A stretch of 64,000 bases of DNA from Lingula anatina (taxonomy: Eukaryota > Animalia > Brachiopoda). Each line of letters starts with the position of its first letter. Positions within the stretch are counted from its first letter, which is position 1. The notes beneath the pieces were generated by a model, which did no database searches, was not told the DNA's origin, and was given only the letters and a program-made list of their open reading frames with translations. Shown here in pieces: positions 12,701-25,900 of the stretch. Both the position numbers and the translations under genes were made by a program. Location: the NCBI GenBank assembly GCA_051362555.1, contig CM120645.1, forward strand, positions 310,001-374,000, read 5' to 3'.

Positions 12701-15700
12701 GTTCAGAGAGTTTTTTCTTCAGAGATATCACGTGTCTACAAGCAAAAATCTCAACTGTGACAAACTTGGCATTCTGTTCATATGGCGTCATGACTACGTA
12801 GCTCACCCACGCAACCCGTCAGGGTCCATCCTGCGTAAAATTTATAATGAAGATGAGATCATTTCCGCAGTGAAGTCAGAGTTCCCAGCCTTCAATGTCC
12901 AGGGAATACAGATGGACCAGTTAAAACTGAAAGACCAGCTTGAACTCGTAGCTAAGACAGACATACTCGTAGGAATGCACGGCGCAGGGTTAACCCACAC
13001 GCTGTTCCTGCCAAAACATGGAGGCCTCATTGAAATATTTCCACAATATTCAAATGTGATGGGACATTTTAGATCTCTGAGTAATTGGAGAGGCATCCAT
13101 TATGCATTCTGGAAAAACAGTGATGTAACTCTGGAACATCGGAATCATTTCACAGAGATTCCAACTGCTGTGGTTATTAAACAGATTAAGGACATGGCTA
13201 AAAGAATAGCTACTAACAGCTGCTGACATCTATCAGTGAAGTTATGACGATGCTATTTAACTGGTTTCTTATCTCTGCTAGAAATCTTTAGCTAATTATA
13301 ACTTTTGTGGTGAAAAATTTGAGAATAAATATCAATCAACAATGCAACATGATCTTTTTTATTTTTGTTGTTTTTCTTTGCAGTTCTGCTATTAATGTAT
13401 CATTTTGATAAAAACATTATTTTTATTATAAAAATGGGTAAACAAACCAATTAGGATGCTGTTTATTTGCAAAATTCTTTGAAAATAATCAAAATATACA
13501 ACAAAAATTTTCTTAGTCTTTATAAATCATCCATTCTGATATTCTTATTCACTTCAAGAATTTTTTTTTTTTAAACATAATTTCACTCATTTTGATCTGG
13601 ACCAATTTCAGAACATATCTGATTTAATACACACACATTTCAGCACTTGGTTGAACAAAACATGATGAGAAGTAAAAGGGGAATTGTACAGCTGTTTAGA
13701 AGTTGTCCCAGTGACTAAATGACAAGACAGCAGTGCAATAAATGATACTAAGTTCTTTCTCTTGTTTTTATAATTTAATAGAAAGACAATATTGATATGA
13801 ATTTCTCTACATTTTGTCAACCAGTGTTTTGCAACTTTGTTAAATGTCAAGTTACAATTATCTTTAAGCCACTTTATTTCAGCGGAAGTTCAAATTCACA
13901 GTGCCACTGCAAAGTATTTGCTGAATAAACACATATTTCTGTTAACTTCAAACAAAGAGTTTACACAGTCATATGTCCCTTCAACCTTAAAATTGAGGTC
14001 AAAGTTTCAGTATATTTAGCAAAAATGTTACCAAAATAACTCTGGAACTAGTACATAATTTTTTTATGTTTTGTGTTTGATCAACTATCTCACAGCAAGA
14101 TAAAAAAGTTGTACACTTTCGTGATAAATATTTGATGAAATCTAAAATATATTAATCCTTTAAGATGATGCAAAGAGTAAAAGACAAAAAGAATATTTGA
14201 AATACCAGCACATTAGACAAGATCCTGTTAGCATAAATCAGATATTGGGTCCTGTGTGCCCATGTTACAAATCACTGCCAGTTACACAGAGGTTTGAAAA
14301 CTTCCACCATGTAATGTCTTGGTCCTAATTTCTGAAAGCCAATACTGGAATTTCCCTCTCCCCTCCTCCTCCCCTTGCCATAATTGCTCTCTACAATCTC
14401 ACATACTTAAACATTATAGTTTAGTATATTTTTATCGATTGCACTGAATCAAGGTCAAAGGATATGAAGCCTAATTAGCTGTACTATTGCACAGTTAAAC
14501 ATGGAAAGCTATGTAAATGTCACACAGAGCAAAATAAATCTCAATTCTGCACAATTTTACAGATCCTTACTTAACCTTACATCATATGTCCAATGTCAAC
14601 TAAATGTCAACTAAAATTATTTGATAAATCATGTTTTTTCCCTAGCAGGAGTTTAAAGTGTCTAATAGCTGATGAAAGATCCCCTTTTTAAAACAGTTAT
14701 CCTCATGCTTAAAAGTCCATTTCTAACCCACTTTCAAAATTTAAAAAAACGTATAAAGGGTATAAAAAGCATTCTCTAATATTAAATAAAAATATTCTTA
14801 TTACTTCATAGTATCAATTAAAATAAAATTGCAAAAACAAAAAAAAAAAAAAATGATTATTTCTTGAAACCTAACTTCAACAGAATTCTATAACATATCA
14901 AATAAAGAGTTGCATTTTACAATAAAGAAAACCTAAATACGTTGAAGACTGATGCAGTAGTTGAGTAAAAATCAACGAAAAAAATTTTGAGACAGCAGTG
15001 TAAAATGTGTTAGTTGTGCTGAACACAATGAGAACATCCTTGTGTGGAAGGAATGTGAAATGTGTTAGTTGTGCTGAGCAGTAGTCTGTAATGATGAAGG
15101 AGTATGCAGTAAACAGTAGACAGCAAACTTACCATAAATCAACACCTTCATCATATTTCCTGGCACCATACAGTAACTCTGGGGCACGGTACCATCTAAA
15201 TAAAAACATAACAGTCATTAATTCATTTTAACTAGTACATTTCACACCTGTTTAGCAAACTGAGAATAACACTTTATTCTCTCATGCATTTTTCTCAACA
15301 AGCTTTAACATATCACATTATTCATTGTCAGTGAGTAAAAATAATACTGCAGACATTCACTTCAATCTAAAATTGTTCCTATTGAAGAAATATCATAAAT
15401 GGATAAAAAATAAAATCCTCAATTTTGTATGAACAAGCTGCACAGACAGCAAGTGTCAGAAATTTTTGGTTTTTGAGAAATCTACACAAGATGGCGCGTA
15501 CCTGGTAGCCACCTGGTGGCTGTATTGTCGGTTGCCTTCGTTCTGAAACACTCTGGCCAGACCAAAGTCTGCTATCTTCAAGTGACCCGTAGAACTGATG
15601 AGAAGATTGGCTGGCTTTAAGTCCTAAAATTGAAGAAAGAAGTAATAAAAAAAATAAATTTTTGGATTTGATGCAGCTGCAATGCAGTAAAGATGCAATC

Positions 15701-17277
15701 TTATAAATAAGGAAAATTGTGAATTTTACAGATCTTTTTTCAATCGTGAATTATTAGAACAAGAGCATAACTATTAAGTAGCATCAACAAAATTGGAAAA
15801 AAACCCACCTTATGGTTTATATTCTTAATGGCTCAAAAATTGTGCATTTAAAGGATTGATAATTTTCACCACTGAGTCATGCTTGAAAGTAAATAAAATA
15901 TATCAAACAGGAAAATGTTTCTGCTAAAGAATAAACTCAACATCTATGCAAATTATGTTTTGAGGTTTGAGTATTTTATTATCTCCATACCCTGTGCATG
16001 ATATTATTGTTATGGCAGAAAGCCACGCCCTTCAGCAGCATCAGCATGTAACTCTTGATGTGAGCCTCCGTCAGCGGAGTGTTGGTATTCCTGATCACCT
16101 CAGACAAGTCTGACAACATGAACTCAAATACTAAGACAAAACCAGAGCCGTACGGGAATACCTCTCGCAGGTTCACCACCTAGAAAATTAAGGGGTATTT
16201 TGGGAGATTAATTTTAAATAATAATTATAATATTAATAACAATAATTATTATATTATAAAAACAAATGAAAAAATTTATAACATTATTTTTATAAATCTT
16301 CACAGATTATATCACATAGATTCCTTTGATATCAATATAATTTGCAAATGTCTGCTGTGTTTGTTTAAAAAATCAATCAGATTAAAAATTCATAATCAAA
16401 TTAGATTATAAAACTTTTTCCAAAAATTAGCCTTAAGTTTATAATCATGATAATTACTTACATATGGATTTTCTTCAATTTCCTGAAGGGCCTTGATTTC
16501 CCTGAAAGGTTGGCAAAATATAGAATTACACATTTATCAATGAGTTTACAACTTTTAAAGGATTTGCATCCAGGTTTTCCCAGCCCTCATTTGGATGGCC
16601 ATTAGCCTCAAAAGATGGCCTCTATTTTTAAAGACGACTGGACAGCTTGCAAAATTTTTGGGGTTGGTTGGGCTTACTTGGGTTGGGTTCCCTTTAAATC
16701 CATGACTAAATTACATATTCACATTTTGGACTCCCTGCACCAAAAAGTCCTGGGGAAACCCCCAATTTGTATTAATAATTACTTTTTCAGTTAAAATAAT
16801 AATTTTCAAATTATATATAAAGAAAAAGGTCAGTAACTTCAGCAATTGAAGGGTCATGCTAAAAAACTGACAGTAGATGCTTAGAAAATGTGCCACTCCA
16901 TTTCTTCACCTGAGAGCTGTATTTGGGATTCCATCTTCCAACTTCTTGACAGACACCTTCTTCAAAGCTACAACTTCACCACTCTGAATAAACATATCAG
17001 GTTTTATTCAAAATAATCCACATGTAAGAATAAATTATCTCTTTTTTGCTGGCACACACAAAAAATATAAACACATTTTATAATAAGCAACTGGTGGTTA
17101 TTCCATCTAAAGACAAGAAAATAATTGTTTCACAGATTAAAAACTGCAGCTTATGTTTTCTGCTTTTAAAATATCAGGATTATAATAAATTATAAATATT
17201 ACCTCAGTGTGTTTAGCCTTGAAGACAATACCATGTGCTCCCTCTCCTATCCTGCCTAGAATGTTGTACTGCTCCAT
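938..17277 (-). CDS. CDK20: Cyclin-dependent kinase 20 (CCRK), 10 coding exons, 342 aa
   Basis: Hand-spliced GT-AG exons 17203-17277, 16910-16983, 16462-16501, 15991-16179, 15502-15623, 15133-15195, 5562-5613, 2278-2349, 1649-1804, 938-1123 join in frame (1029 nt). Protein: [22 protein letters not shown]...[15 protein letters not shown]...[10 protein letters not shown]...DFGLAR...[20 protein letters not shown]...[28 protein letters not shown] and PNxALRE are characteristic of CDK20. Confidence 0.95.
2178..2293. repeat. 46-bp tandem repeat (~2.5 copies) duplicating the CDK20 exon 8 splice donor
   Basis: CTACTCACTGGCCAGGTAGCTTC starts at 2178, 2224 and 2270. Confidence 0.9.
2485..5329. mobile_element. 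Non-autonomous Tc1/mariner-superfamily-type DNA transposon (~2.85 kb) in a CDK20 intron
   Basis: 23-bp TIRs CGGTAAAGTGCCATGAATTTCGA (2485-2507) and TCGAAATTCATGGCACATTACCG (5307-5329), 1 mismatch, flanked by TA on both sides (2483-84, 5330-31). A second inverted pair lies at ~2670-2735 / ~5042-5115. GAATTTCG motifs recur near both ends. No transposase ORF visible. Confidence 0.75.
6655..6704. repeat. (TAAA)n microsatellite
   Basis: About 12 perfect TAAA units. Confidence 0.95.
11063..11455. repeat. 44-bp minisatellite, ~9 copies, immediately upstream of the GT61 start codon
   Basis: CAGACACCCACACCCACCCACTTATATACACTGTAGTACTATAT-type unit starts at 11108, 11152, 11196, 11240, 11284, 11328, 11372 and 11416, plus a diverged first unit. 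Confidence 0.95.
11496..13226 (+). CDS. Glycosyltransferase family 61 protein (EOGT-like), predicted type II membrane protein, single coding exon, 576 aa, nested in a CDK20 intron
   Basis: Uninterrupted ORF from ACCATGA at 11496. N-terminal hydrophobic anchor [23 protein letters not shown]61 motifs [29 protein letters not shown] and [27 protein letters not shown]. Strong splice acceptor upstream (TTTTTTCTTTTTGTCTTCAG ending 10950). Confidence 0.88.
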   Translation: MSTKESSLGTKTHQIFRRYKVAILQSCSPIPVLMVGLMLLFNLFVISNISHDSWSAQRKSHLPTHKTGISQHQTWKPNMQDDKDIKTNVFSTGRANKAPSFFTKINNLVLVEGLSVENQDRHIENRVNAQSIVYNNGKMARKHRIIGPNYYDYDDPDLEQGARNRHGEIESSSKGKAWLKCKENPNICPQEFQKWYKSMTPLCGVNFIAFDRNFALCQNITLNRQKAIGQKGGESITEVLNQKEAVEFYKYKFGFFEVRNCQKTPKYVFTKYHGKGHLKDWIESVSIKKNHPNPQLTTVNKNFTIAVTRYEYVNWYHSMTDFYNAFLMMKFFRKQPDEISVLLIDAHPQGNLDEVWATLFGNSKRLSETDRLVTYREMVWNPMGYNSMMNQHVRKTIPLIDEFREFFLQRYHVSTSKNLNCDKLGILFIWRHDYVAHPRNPSGSILRKIYNEDEIISAVKSEFPAFNVQGIQMDQLKLKDQLELVAKTDILVGMHGAGLTHTLFLPKHGGLIEIFPQYSNVMGHFRSLSNWRGIHYAFWKNSDVTLEHRNHFTEIPTAVVIKQIKDMAKRIATNSC

Positions 17278-18237
17278 GCTGTAATATAGCTGCAGTCACA
17301 CCCCTACTTATGCTTGGTTATAGACTGGACAGTGGCTACTCAGACCTAGATGTATATACCATATGATTACCAAACCCCATCAAATACTAAATGTCTACCA
17401 TGGGTTTCAGAGTGCATGAATCTGTTGCTTCCTAACACAATCCAATAAATGCATGCACATTAACTTCCAATCCTGACTGTAAGAGAGCTGGGCTTCATTC
17501 CTGTGATAATGTGTCTGCTGGGTTCAGATTCAGTTTCTTTCACATCCCAATACGGGATCCAAGATTCATTACCAGAAAGTTAAGAGCATAGACCTGTACT
17601 TGGCTTTATTTATGTTTGGAATCTAGGAAAACACTGACTCACTCTGTATATTTATATGTATTCATTCAACATTCTCTGTTCAAATTATGTTGCCTGTTTT
17701 CATACATTATATATTCTGTGTTCGTATTTGCTCCAAGTCATTGTGCAGCCTGTCCTGAAAGAAACAACGAATTAAGATAATCACACACGACCACTGTCCA
17801 GTTAAATAACACAATATCTATTAATCATTTGGAAATAAATGTTTAAACTTTGTATTCTTTTTACAATTAATTGCTTTTTTAACAATTTTACTAGTTTCCA
17901 AAAAAACACTTTCACTAATATGATGTAATACTTGTTTTTTGGTGGTCTAAAGAAGTATTAAATGAGTTATTTCAAGTGTTTTTAGGTTCACAAACCGACC
18001 AAGCCTTCAAGTTGAAGACGGCCAAACGTGGCTTCGTCAGTAAAATAATTGACGCCGTGTATCAAAATATACAAAACAGAAATAACTTATACACCAAGCA
18101 ATACTTCTGAACTTTTCTTTGAAACGTGTTTACAAACATGCACCAACAAAAGGAGTTCCACGTGAAAAAAAAATAAGTTAATTTTGGGAATTTTAAACGG
18201 CATTACACTGCCCGTATTTACCTTATTTACCATAACA

Positions 18238-18245
18238 CCGGAAGT
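18238..18245. promoter_or_regulatory. ETS/GABP-type motif in the likely CDK20 promoter
   Basis: CCGGAAGT in a locally CpG-richer segment ~1 kb upstream of the CDK20 ATG, next to minus-strand GTAAAT donor candidates for a non-coding first exon. Confidence 0.4.
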
Positions 18246-19965
18246 TCTTAATTCAACTTGTACCTCCAAACAAAGAAGAGTTGTAGTATTCTCGCTTTCC
18301 ACTAGAGGTCACCTGTAGCACTGCGCTAAGTTTTGCTTTCATCTCACTCCTTTGTACGATGCTATTAAGAATTCTCGGTGAGAAGTGAGTGTTTTAAATC
18401 GTAAAATACGTCTACAACGTTTCAAAGGAGAGTCTTTTCTGAGAAATTGGGCCTTTTTTATCTTCGTAAGTTTTCTTAACTTTAAAAATTGCAAAGAAGC
18501 TAGGTCCCGTTTGAAGCAGAACAGCAGCTACTGTTTCTTTTCACCCTTCACTATACGTCCACTCCACCCATTGCGTGGCCTGTCCCTGCACTTGAGTCAA
18601 TATTTTATGCTATTTTTAATATTTTATGCTCATAAACACCGGCAGCTCATAGAAAGTTTTCTTTGAACCAGTTAAGGGACCGTCATCGTTAATAAAATGA
18701 TTGAGCTGCATGACCTGTCAAGCACTTAGTTTAAATGGTTATTGATGCTAAAATGTTATCTAGTAAAAATAATCTCTCAACACAATAGTGCAAAAATATA
18801 CCAAGTTTAATTACAAACAGACACAAGTCTACTAACACCATTTCAACAGTTTATTTTTTAATTGATAAGTTTAGGTATTGCCTAAAACAGATATATTTTT
18901 AGTCCAGCCTACTTAAAAATTAGAATTGGCAAGTATTATAAATAGAAGACATAGAAACAATTATGTCTAAATTCAGCCAGCGACACCAAGTGTCACAGTC
19001 CACGTTTTAGACAGGCTCCAGGTATTCTTCACAATTGACTTACAAGAACTTTCTTTGTGATAAAAAATTTGTACAGATCAGTGCATTTTTAAGACCTTGC
19101 CATACTAGTTTAGCCTCAATAAATTTAATTCTCTGTTATTTTCTTAAAAAAGCCAAACAAGATGTGAACAGGTTTATTGCAAAATCCATATACACGAGCC
19201 CATTCAAATGCCAGAAACACTTCATAAGTATTACAGGCAAAAAGTTCAAATTTCTATTCAAATAGTCTCAGACAGCACACTGAAAGCTGACATCTGCCAT
19301 CTTAGTTATATTGCAATAATGGAGATAACTTTCATCTTTCCCCTGTTCCACCTGAACTGACAGTGTTACTTCTTAAACACGCATACACAGATCTTGTTAA
19401 ATTTCAGAACACGTTTTTGTCAAATATAATCTTCTCCATGATTCTACCTGAGAGAATCACTGACATCATTACGCTGCATGATAAAATGTCCTGAAGGTAA
19501 TTCTGAACTTCCTCACTCAACACCATCTGATCTTCCAGCTACTTCAACACACTACTATCATAATTCAGACATTCAAGCAGGTCTTTACTGCTTTCAGTTC
19601 AACTCAAGAGGAACCGAGATGTGTAGCCACCTTCTGAGTGAGTACCACCAGCTGGGTTAAGAACATCAGTGGCATTACACCACACAGCATGATCTGAGAG
19701 AACTGGGACTGTTCACTGTCGCTGTCACTACTATGGTCCCTGCCAGATGCAGATCTGAACACTTGGGCTGATTGTCCTCTGTTCAATCTATCCAGAAATA
19801 ACAACTGTGACAGACATTTCTGTCTTTTCAAAAGTCTCCTTAAAATATTTCCGAAATGCCTCCATAAAAAACCTTAAGAATATCCATGAATGCTCCCAGC
19901 TGTCTGACCTGCCTGAAACGTTCTCTTCCAATAATTCTTTCTCAAATATAAAGAAAAACCCTGTG

Positions 19966-22900
19966 TTATCTGTTGAGACTGATCTGAAAGGACTGGGACG
20001 TCTCCATCTTCAGGGCCTCCCTGACAACCATGGTTGCATAGCAACCCTTAGGAAGACTAAACTCCACTTTGATTGCCTTCAACTTCCCCTCTGTAAACAA
20101 AACAAAGAGAATTTAGTCCAACGTCTAACTTATACCTCAAATAATAATAATACTTTTGCCACATGCTTCTTGTACACAAAATGTTTACTTTTTTTTCATG
20201 TTGAAAATTCAGTAATTTTAGCACCTGTTTTAAATGACCAAACAATATGCATAACTTCTCTCAATTTAACATTTTCTAAATATCAACAATTTGTCTGTGT
20301 CAATGAAAAAACTGAAATGAAGATATCATATCAATTCATGAATTTCATATTGTTAGATTCTGAAAACTCATCGCATATACAACTAACCCTCAGATTGTGT
20401 GGGTAGCTCCACATTATTAAGTCTATCGCGGTCTGTGAGCACCAGGGGAATTGTGTTGTCGTCATAGCGATGGATGCTCCATTTGACCCCCTCTGGGCGT
20501 ACTAACATCTTCCTGTAACTACCAGATACAGAGAATGATCTGAAACATGAAAATAAAGTAACCATCAGTTAACTGTTTACATATATTACAATAATGATGC
20601 ATCTTACAAATATCAGAGTTAAAGAGAAAAGAAACTTGCATGCTTGCATGTAAGCAAAACAGTCAAAACTTGTCTACATCTTTTGATATCAAAATGTTAT
20701 CTAACTCCAGGGATGAAAATATAATTCATGAATGACGTACTTTAAACTCTGTTTGAAGGTGTCTGCATCAATTCCGTCTTTCTTGAGCAGGTCACTTATC
20801 CATTGTTTCACTGGAAATACATGATTAATTATATTATTCTATTCCATAACCACATTTCATTTTATTTTGGCACATACTCCTTAGTAACAAAACCAAATGC
20901 TGTTAAGCCACTCTAACATATTAAATAACTTACTGTAATCCAATAATATTTTTGACTTCTGTGATTGTTGTGAGAGTGGCAAAAACTGACATCTTTACAG
21001 ATTGAACTTTATTGTATTAGAGATACAACTTCCTTTTCTTAGAGAAATTAGAGCAACCCACACCTTCATTTTCAGGGTAAGTAACACCATATCCAGGTAA
21101 CGGTATGACAACATCATAAATTGTATAGTTGGCTGCGGTCTCCTCTGTGAGAACTGTTACACTGGGTTGACTGGCAGTGTCCCCTGCAGAAACAGAAAGT
21201 CAAGAGTAGCAATTTTATAATAATATATTATAATATCTAATTTGTCTTTGACATGGTCAAACAAATAAAATAATTTCTTTTGACATCAATCTTTAATGGT
21301 AAAATTTATGATAAATAAGCATTTTTTGTCATAAATCATTTAACCTTATGGAACTGAAATATTAGTTTGGAACTAACTTGGAGCAGCAGAATCATCAGGA
21401 AAAAAGTTTGTTACTTTTATATAACAGAAAAAATACACACCAAATGGTTGACTTATATATAGCACAAAGTCAGAGTGAACCAAGACAAATAATAATAATA
21501 ATATTCAGCAAACTGCTTTTCAAGCATTATAAGTCAATATTTACCTTTTTCAATGAACAGTTTTCAAAGCTACTGCACAGCAATTACCTGACTTCTGAGA
21601 TTGCTCTTTTACAGCATCCAAATCATCCACATCGCAGTCAGCGCCATCTACAGTATTGCTATCCAGGACCAGGTCGCCTGCCATTGGCTTCATTCCAAAC
21701 TGTCGTATCCGTCTGGACACTATCTGATTCCATATATAACTTTGATAGCTGTGCATGTACAGGGTTCTACTGTTCTTGGGAATCTGATTTAAGAAAAAAA
21801 AATTAAAGATTATACAAACATTAACAGGCCTCTTCCTTCTTCAACCTGAGCATTTTGCATAAAAAATTAGAGAAAAATCAAATACCATCCCCACCTCCAC
21901 CCCCATGTTACCCACCATTTGTATGGCTGCCTGGAAGTTTTTCCCCTGATGTTTCTTCAGTCCAGTCATCACATACTGCTCCACACAGTTAAACCTGCCG
22001 ATAACCGCCAGGGCCTGACCAGCGTCCCTCGTCTCTGACCACTTCTGTCTGCACTGCTCAGGCTTGTCCCAGCCTTAGGAATTAAAAAAAAAAAATAAAC
22101 GTTCATTAATATATAAGATATAAAATATCCCAGCCTTAAGTGTTATACAAAATAAACATTCATTAATATATAAGATGTCCCAGCCTTAAGTGTTTAAAAA
22201 AACAAAACAAATTCATTAATATGTAATTTATAAAATGGCCCAATCTTAAGTGTAATTAAAACAAACAAATTAATTAACATGTAAGATATAAAATGTCCCC
22301 ACTTGGGGTGTTACATAAACAAACAGATTCATGGACATATAAGATATCAAATGAAATTCAAAACTTTCCAATAAGACCTGTATCAAAAGGGTGTGAGGCT
22401 TTAATCGCAAATGCAACAGAACTGTGACAACAAGATGAAAATGTCATTGGTCAGATACCGTTTTAAATAATTTTTAGTTTAAAATTTTTAAATGATTTTT
22501 AAAATAAAATGTATCCTTTTAAGATCTGATTTCTGTTGAATCACAGCTTGAAAACAAAACAAATTCAGATCAACAAAAGACCAAAGTTCTCATACTACTA
22601 AAGGTCACATGTAAATTTTAAAAACTTGATCACAACAATAATATCTGCATTGGTGATTCAATTGTGCTGCTCAAAGTACATAACTTAGCAAAACACAATT
22701 TTTGAAAACTGAAAAATAGTGTTACAGTACTTCTCTCCCCAGGTTTATGTCTTGGCTTCATAATCAGCTCCAAAGCCTCTTTATAATCACAGTGCAACAG
22801 AGCTCTGAAATAAACACGACAACACAGTCATGTGAATTGTTTTACATCATAATATGTTCCAATATTTCACCCCACCCCTACCCTTAGTGTGGGTGCTACA

Positions 22901-25900
22901 CCATAACATTACATTTAACAAAACGCAATCAGTCTTCAATCAAACATTTCTGCAATGGATGACTAATAGAACATTAGGCAAATTCAGACTTAAAATACAT
23001 TGTATTAAATCTTCCAAACAAGATGATATCTAACCTTCCTATGTGGTGAGTGGGTACAATTGTTGTACCAAATCTCTGCATTCCAAAGTAGTTAATCAGT
23101 CCTGTCTCCCGTACTGCCGTCCACCCAGCATTGATCTGGTCATCTGTGCCTAGTACATCCCTGGAACAGCCACAAAGAACATATTACATCACAAATCTAT
23201 GACAAAGTTAGTTTACTAGACATGTCAGCCATGTCCTGTTAAAGAACCCTAACAGTTCTAACAATTTGACACAATTTTACATTAACAACAGGTTGATATA
23301 ATTTTGGTTTAGACTTTGGTGCACTGAAATCTCAAAGAGATAATCTGATGTTAAACCATGGGTTCCCCTGGTCCTTATACTTGTGTATGATATCTGATAT
23401 ATCATTATTTAATTAGAATGAAAAAACTTAATGACCATAAATTAAACAACTAGAATAGCCGTGGCCAGCTAAACCCAAAAGAGTTTCTGCCTTCTAAATA
23501 CCATAAACTAGTACCATTTTACCTACATACCTAAACTTAGAAGAAAATAATTTCCTTTGTTTAATAATTACATTTTATTTTTTGGCTAGTGTGGGGAGTC
23601 ACCCAGCACAATCCTGTTAAATGACTTATCAACACCACTTGTATATACTGGGTGACGTGGACTTGACACAAGTATTCAAGGTGGCAGGCAACCATAAAAT
23701 TTTACATAATTTTTTCAAAATTACCAGTTCTATATTAATATTATGCAGCAGACCTTTCTCACCTCAATACAATAGTGAAATGGTTTCCTTTCAGTTGCCC
23801 TAGGGTTACAGGGTGATCCACATATCTGTACAACAAAATACTAATATGTAGTATTATAACAAAATTGGACATTTAAAAGTTCAAGATCCAGGGAATTAAT
23901 ATAGTTCAAAATCCAAATGCCATATATATATATATATACCATATTTTGACTGATTATCTAGGAGTTTAACATCAAGGTAATATGACCATTTTAATAAATT
24001 GAATCCATTCATAATGCAGGATTTAACTAATACAATATATTGCTTACAACACAGTTTATTTAATCCAACAGAAATGTTATTCTTTACAATTGTTATCATT
24101 TCAAAATTTGGAATAAGTTATTTTTTAAAAATAATAGATATCATACCTAAAGTTTCCCATGGCCAAAGTATCAGTATGCTGATTGAGTTCTTGGATCCTT
24201 TTTGCATCAACTCTGAAAGAAAAGTTACCCCCACCTTTCATGATCAAAGTATCAAAGAAATATTTGCTATCATATCTTTCTGTAAGAAACTGTTTCTGTT
24301 ACAGTAATTAGTTTATCTTACAAGAAGCAGGATACATAATAATTAGTAATGTCTTACTTGAAGCAGGATATATATTGTGTGGTCACTGCTCTCTTGTCTT
24401 TGGTCCCAGCATAGCAAAACATGTTGGGCTTGATCCTAAAAATACCAAATATTAAAAATTAAAAAAATATATATATTTAAAATATGAAAAAATCATCTTT
24501 ACCATCCTGTGAGGTGTGTGTACTTGTGTCTGACATATTTTTGATGTTTTCTTATGGGAAGTAAAATGACAGACAGACAGCTGAATCACATTTTTGTAAG
24601 GAAAATGTAGTAGGCCTACAGATAGGGCGAGTCTCTTTAACAGCAGCGAATGCATTTCATACTTGTCACATAATATATATATATATATATATATTAGCAG
24701 GGGCGGATTGAGGCTGTCTTCTGGGTCTTCAGGGAGACAGATTTTCAAGTTTACATTGACGGGTGTCTAATTTTTTTTTCTGTCGAAAGACGATCAAAAA
24801 ATGAGTTATGGATCAACAAAGATAATAAGAAGGCTCTCAGAAAATATCTCTGAATCTGCCCCTGTTCAGATAAAGTTTATATGAAAAAAACCCTTAAAAC
24901 ATCCTACCTGAGAAATCTGGATATTTGACTAATGGCCTGCATGGTATCCTTGTTCTCCTTGTACAGTACAAACTTCAGGTGTTTTCCTCGGCTCTGAGGC
25001 CATACCTGTGAGGATCGACTCTCCCCTAGGAAATAACATGTGATGGTCATATATCCCAGAATTCCATGTCAAGTTTTATAACTCTGGTGACTAAACAGTA
25101 GGGGGAACATTTGAAATTATTATTACAAGGTTTTATTTTTAAATTATCAGCCTATTCTACTACTGCCTCCACTTGTTTTAGTTATTAGGTTTGGGAAACA
25201 GAAACATAACTAAAATATTGTGTTGGATCTTTATTTGTAAAGGGATTTGAGTTTATAAAGTTAAAACTATTCACTACACCAGACAGAGAGTAGCCAGGAT
25301 TTGTAAACTAAGCTCCAGTACAGTCAGCTAACAGCCCAGTGAGGACCATCTAGAGTGAATTCAGAGCTCTCATAGATAAACCTTTACCTTAAGAAACTTC
25401 TCTAATATAAAAACCAGACTTGATTAAAATTCATCACAAAATTGGACAGTGCTTTTTACCTCTACCATGGCTATCAACCTCTGTATTTGGTAATGACTTA
25501 TCACAATGTGAAGCAAACTTTTTATATTTAGTTATTCACCCGAAAGAAACAAAAGTCAAAAAAGATTGTTACACTTTAACCAACTTTCTCACTTATTTGT
25601 TTAATAAATATCTTTCACAAGCCGAGTGGCCAGCTATAGTACTACCTTTTTTGAAAGAGACCTCAATGACACTTGCTCCTATCTCACTTTTCACAGTTCT
25701 GCCATCTAAGTTAGGATACTTCTTCTTCAAGGTTTTGTACATCTGGGTTCTCATTTCTTTATCTTCCTGGACCTGACACGGAATTCATTTTGAAGAAATT
25801 TGTTCACATATTTTATACAGACATAACTAGTCCTGTCCAATTTTAAAACTGTTTTTTAAAGATCATTAAAATCTTCAGATTAAGAATTTTCTCTCTTTTT

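Noticed and set aside
18308-18321. GTCACCTGTAGCAC as an RFX X-box for the ciliary kinase CDK20
   Set aside because: It does not fit the GTNRCC-N(0-3)-RGYAAC consensus without a gap.
19807-20406. 199-aa plus-strand ORF
   Set aside because: It is antisense to PUS7 exons and an intron, starts with GTG and has no recognisable motif.
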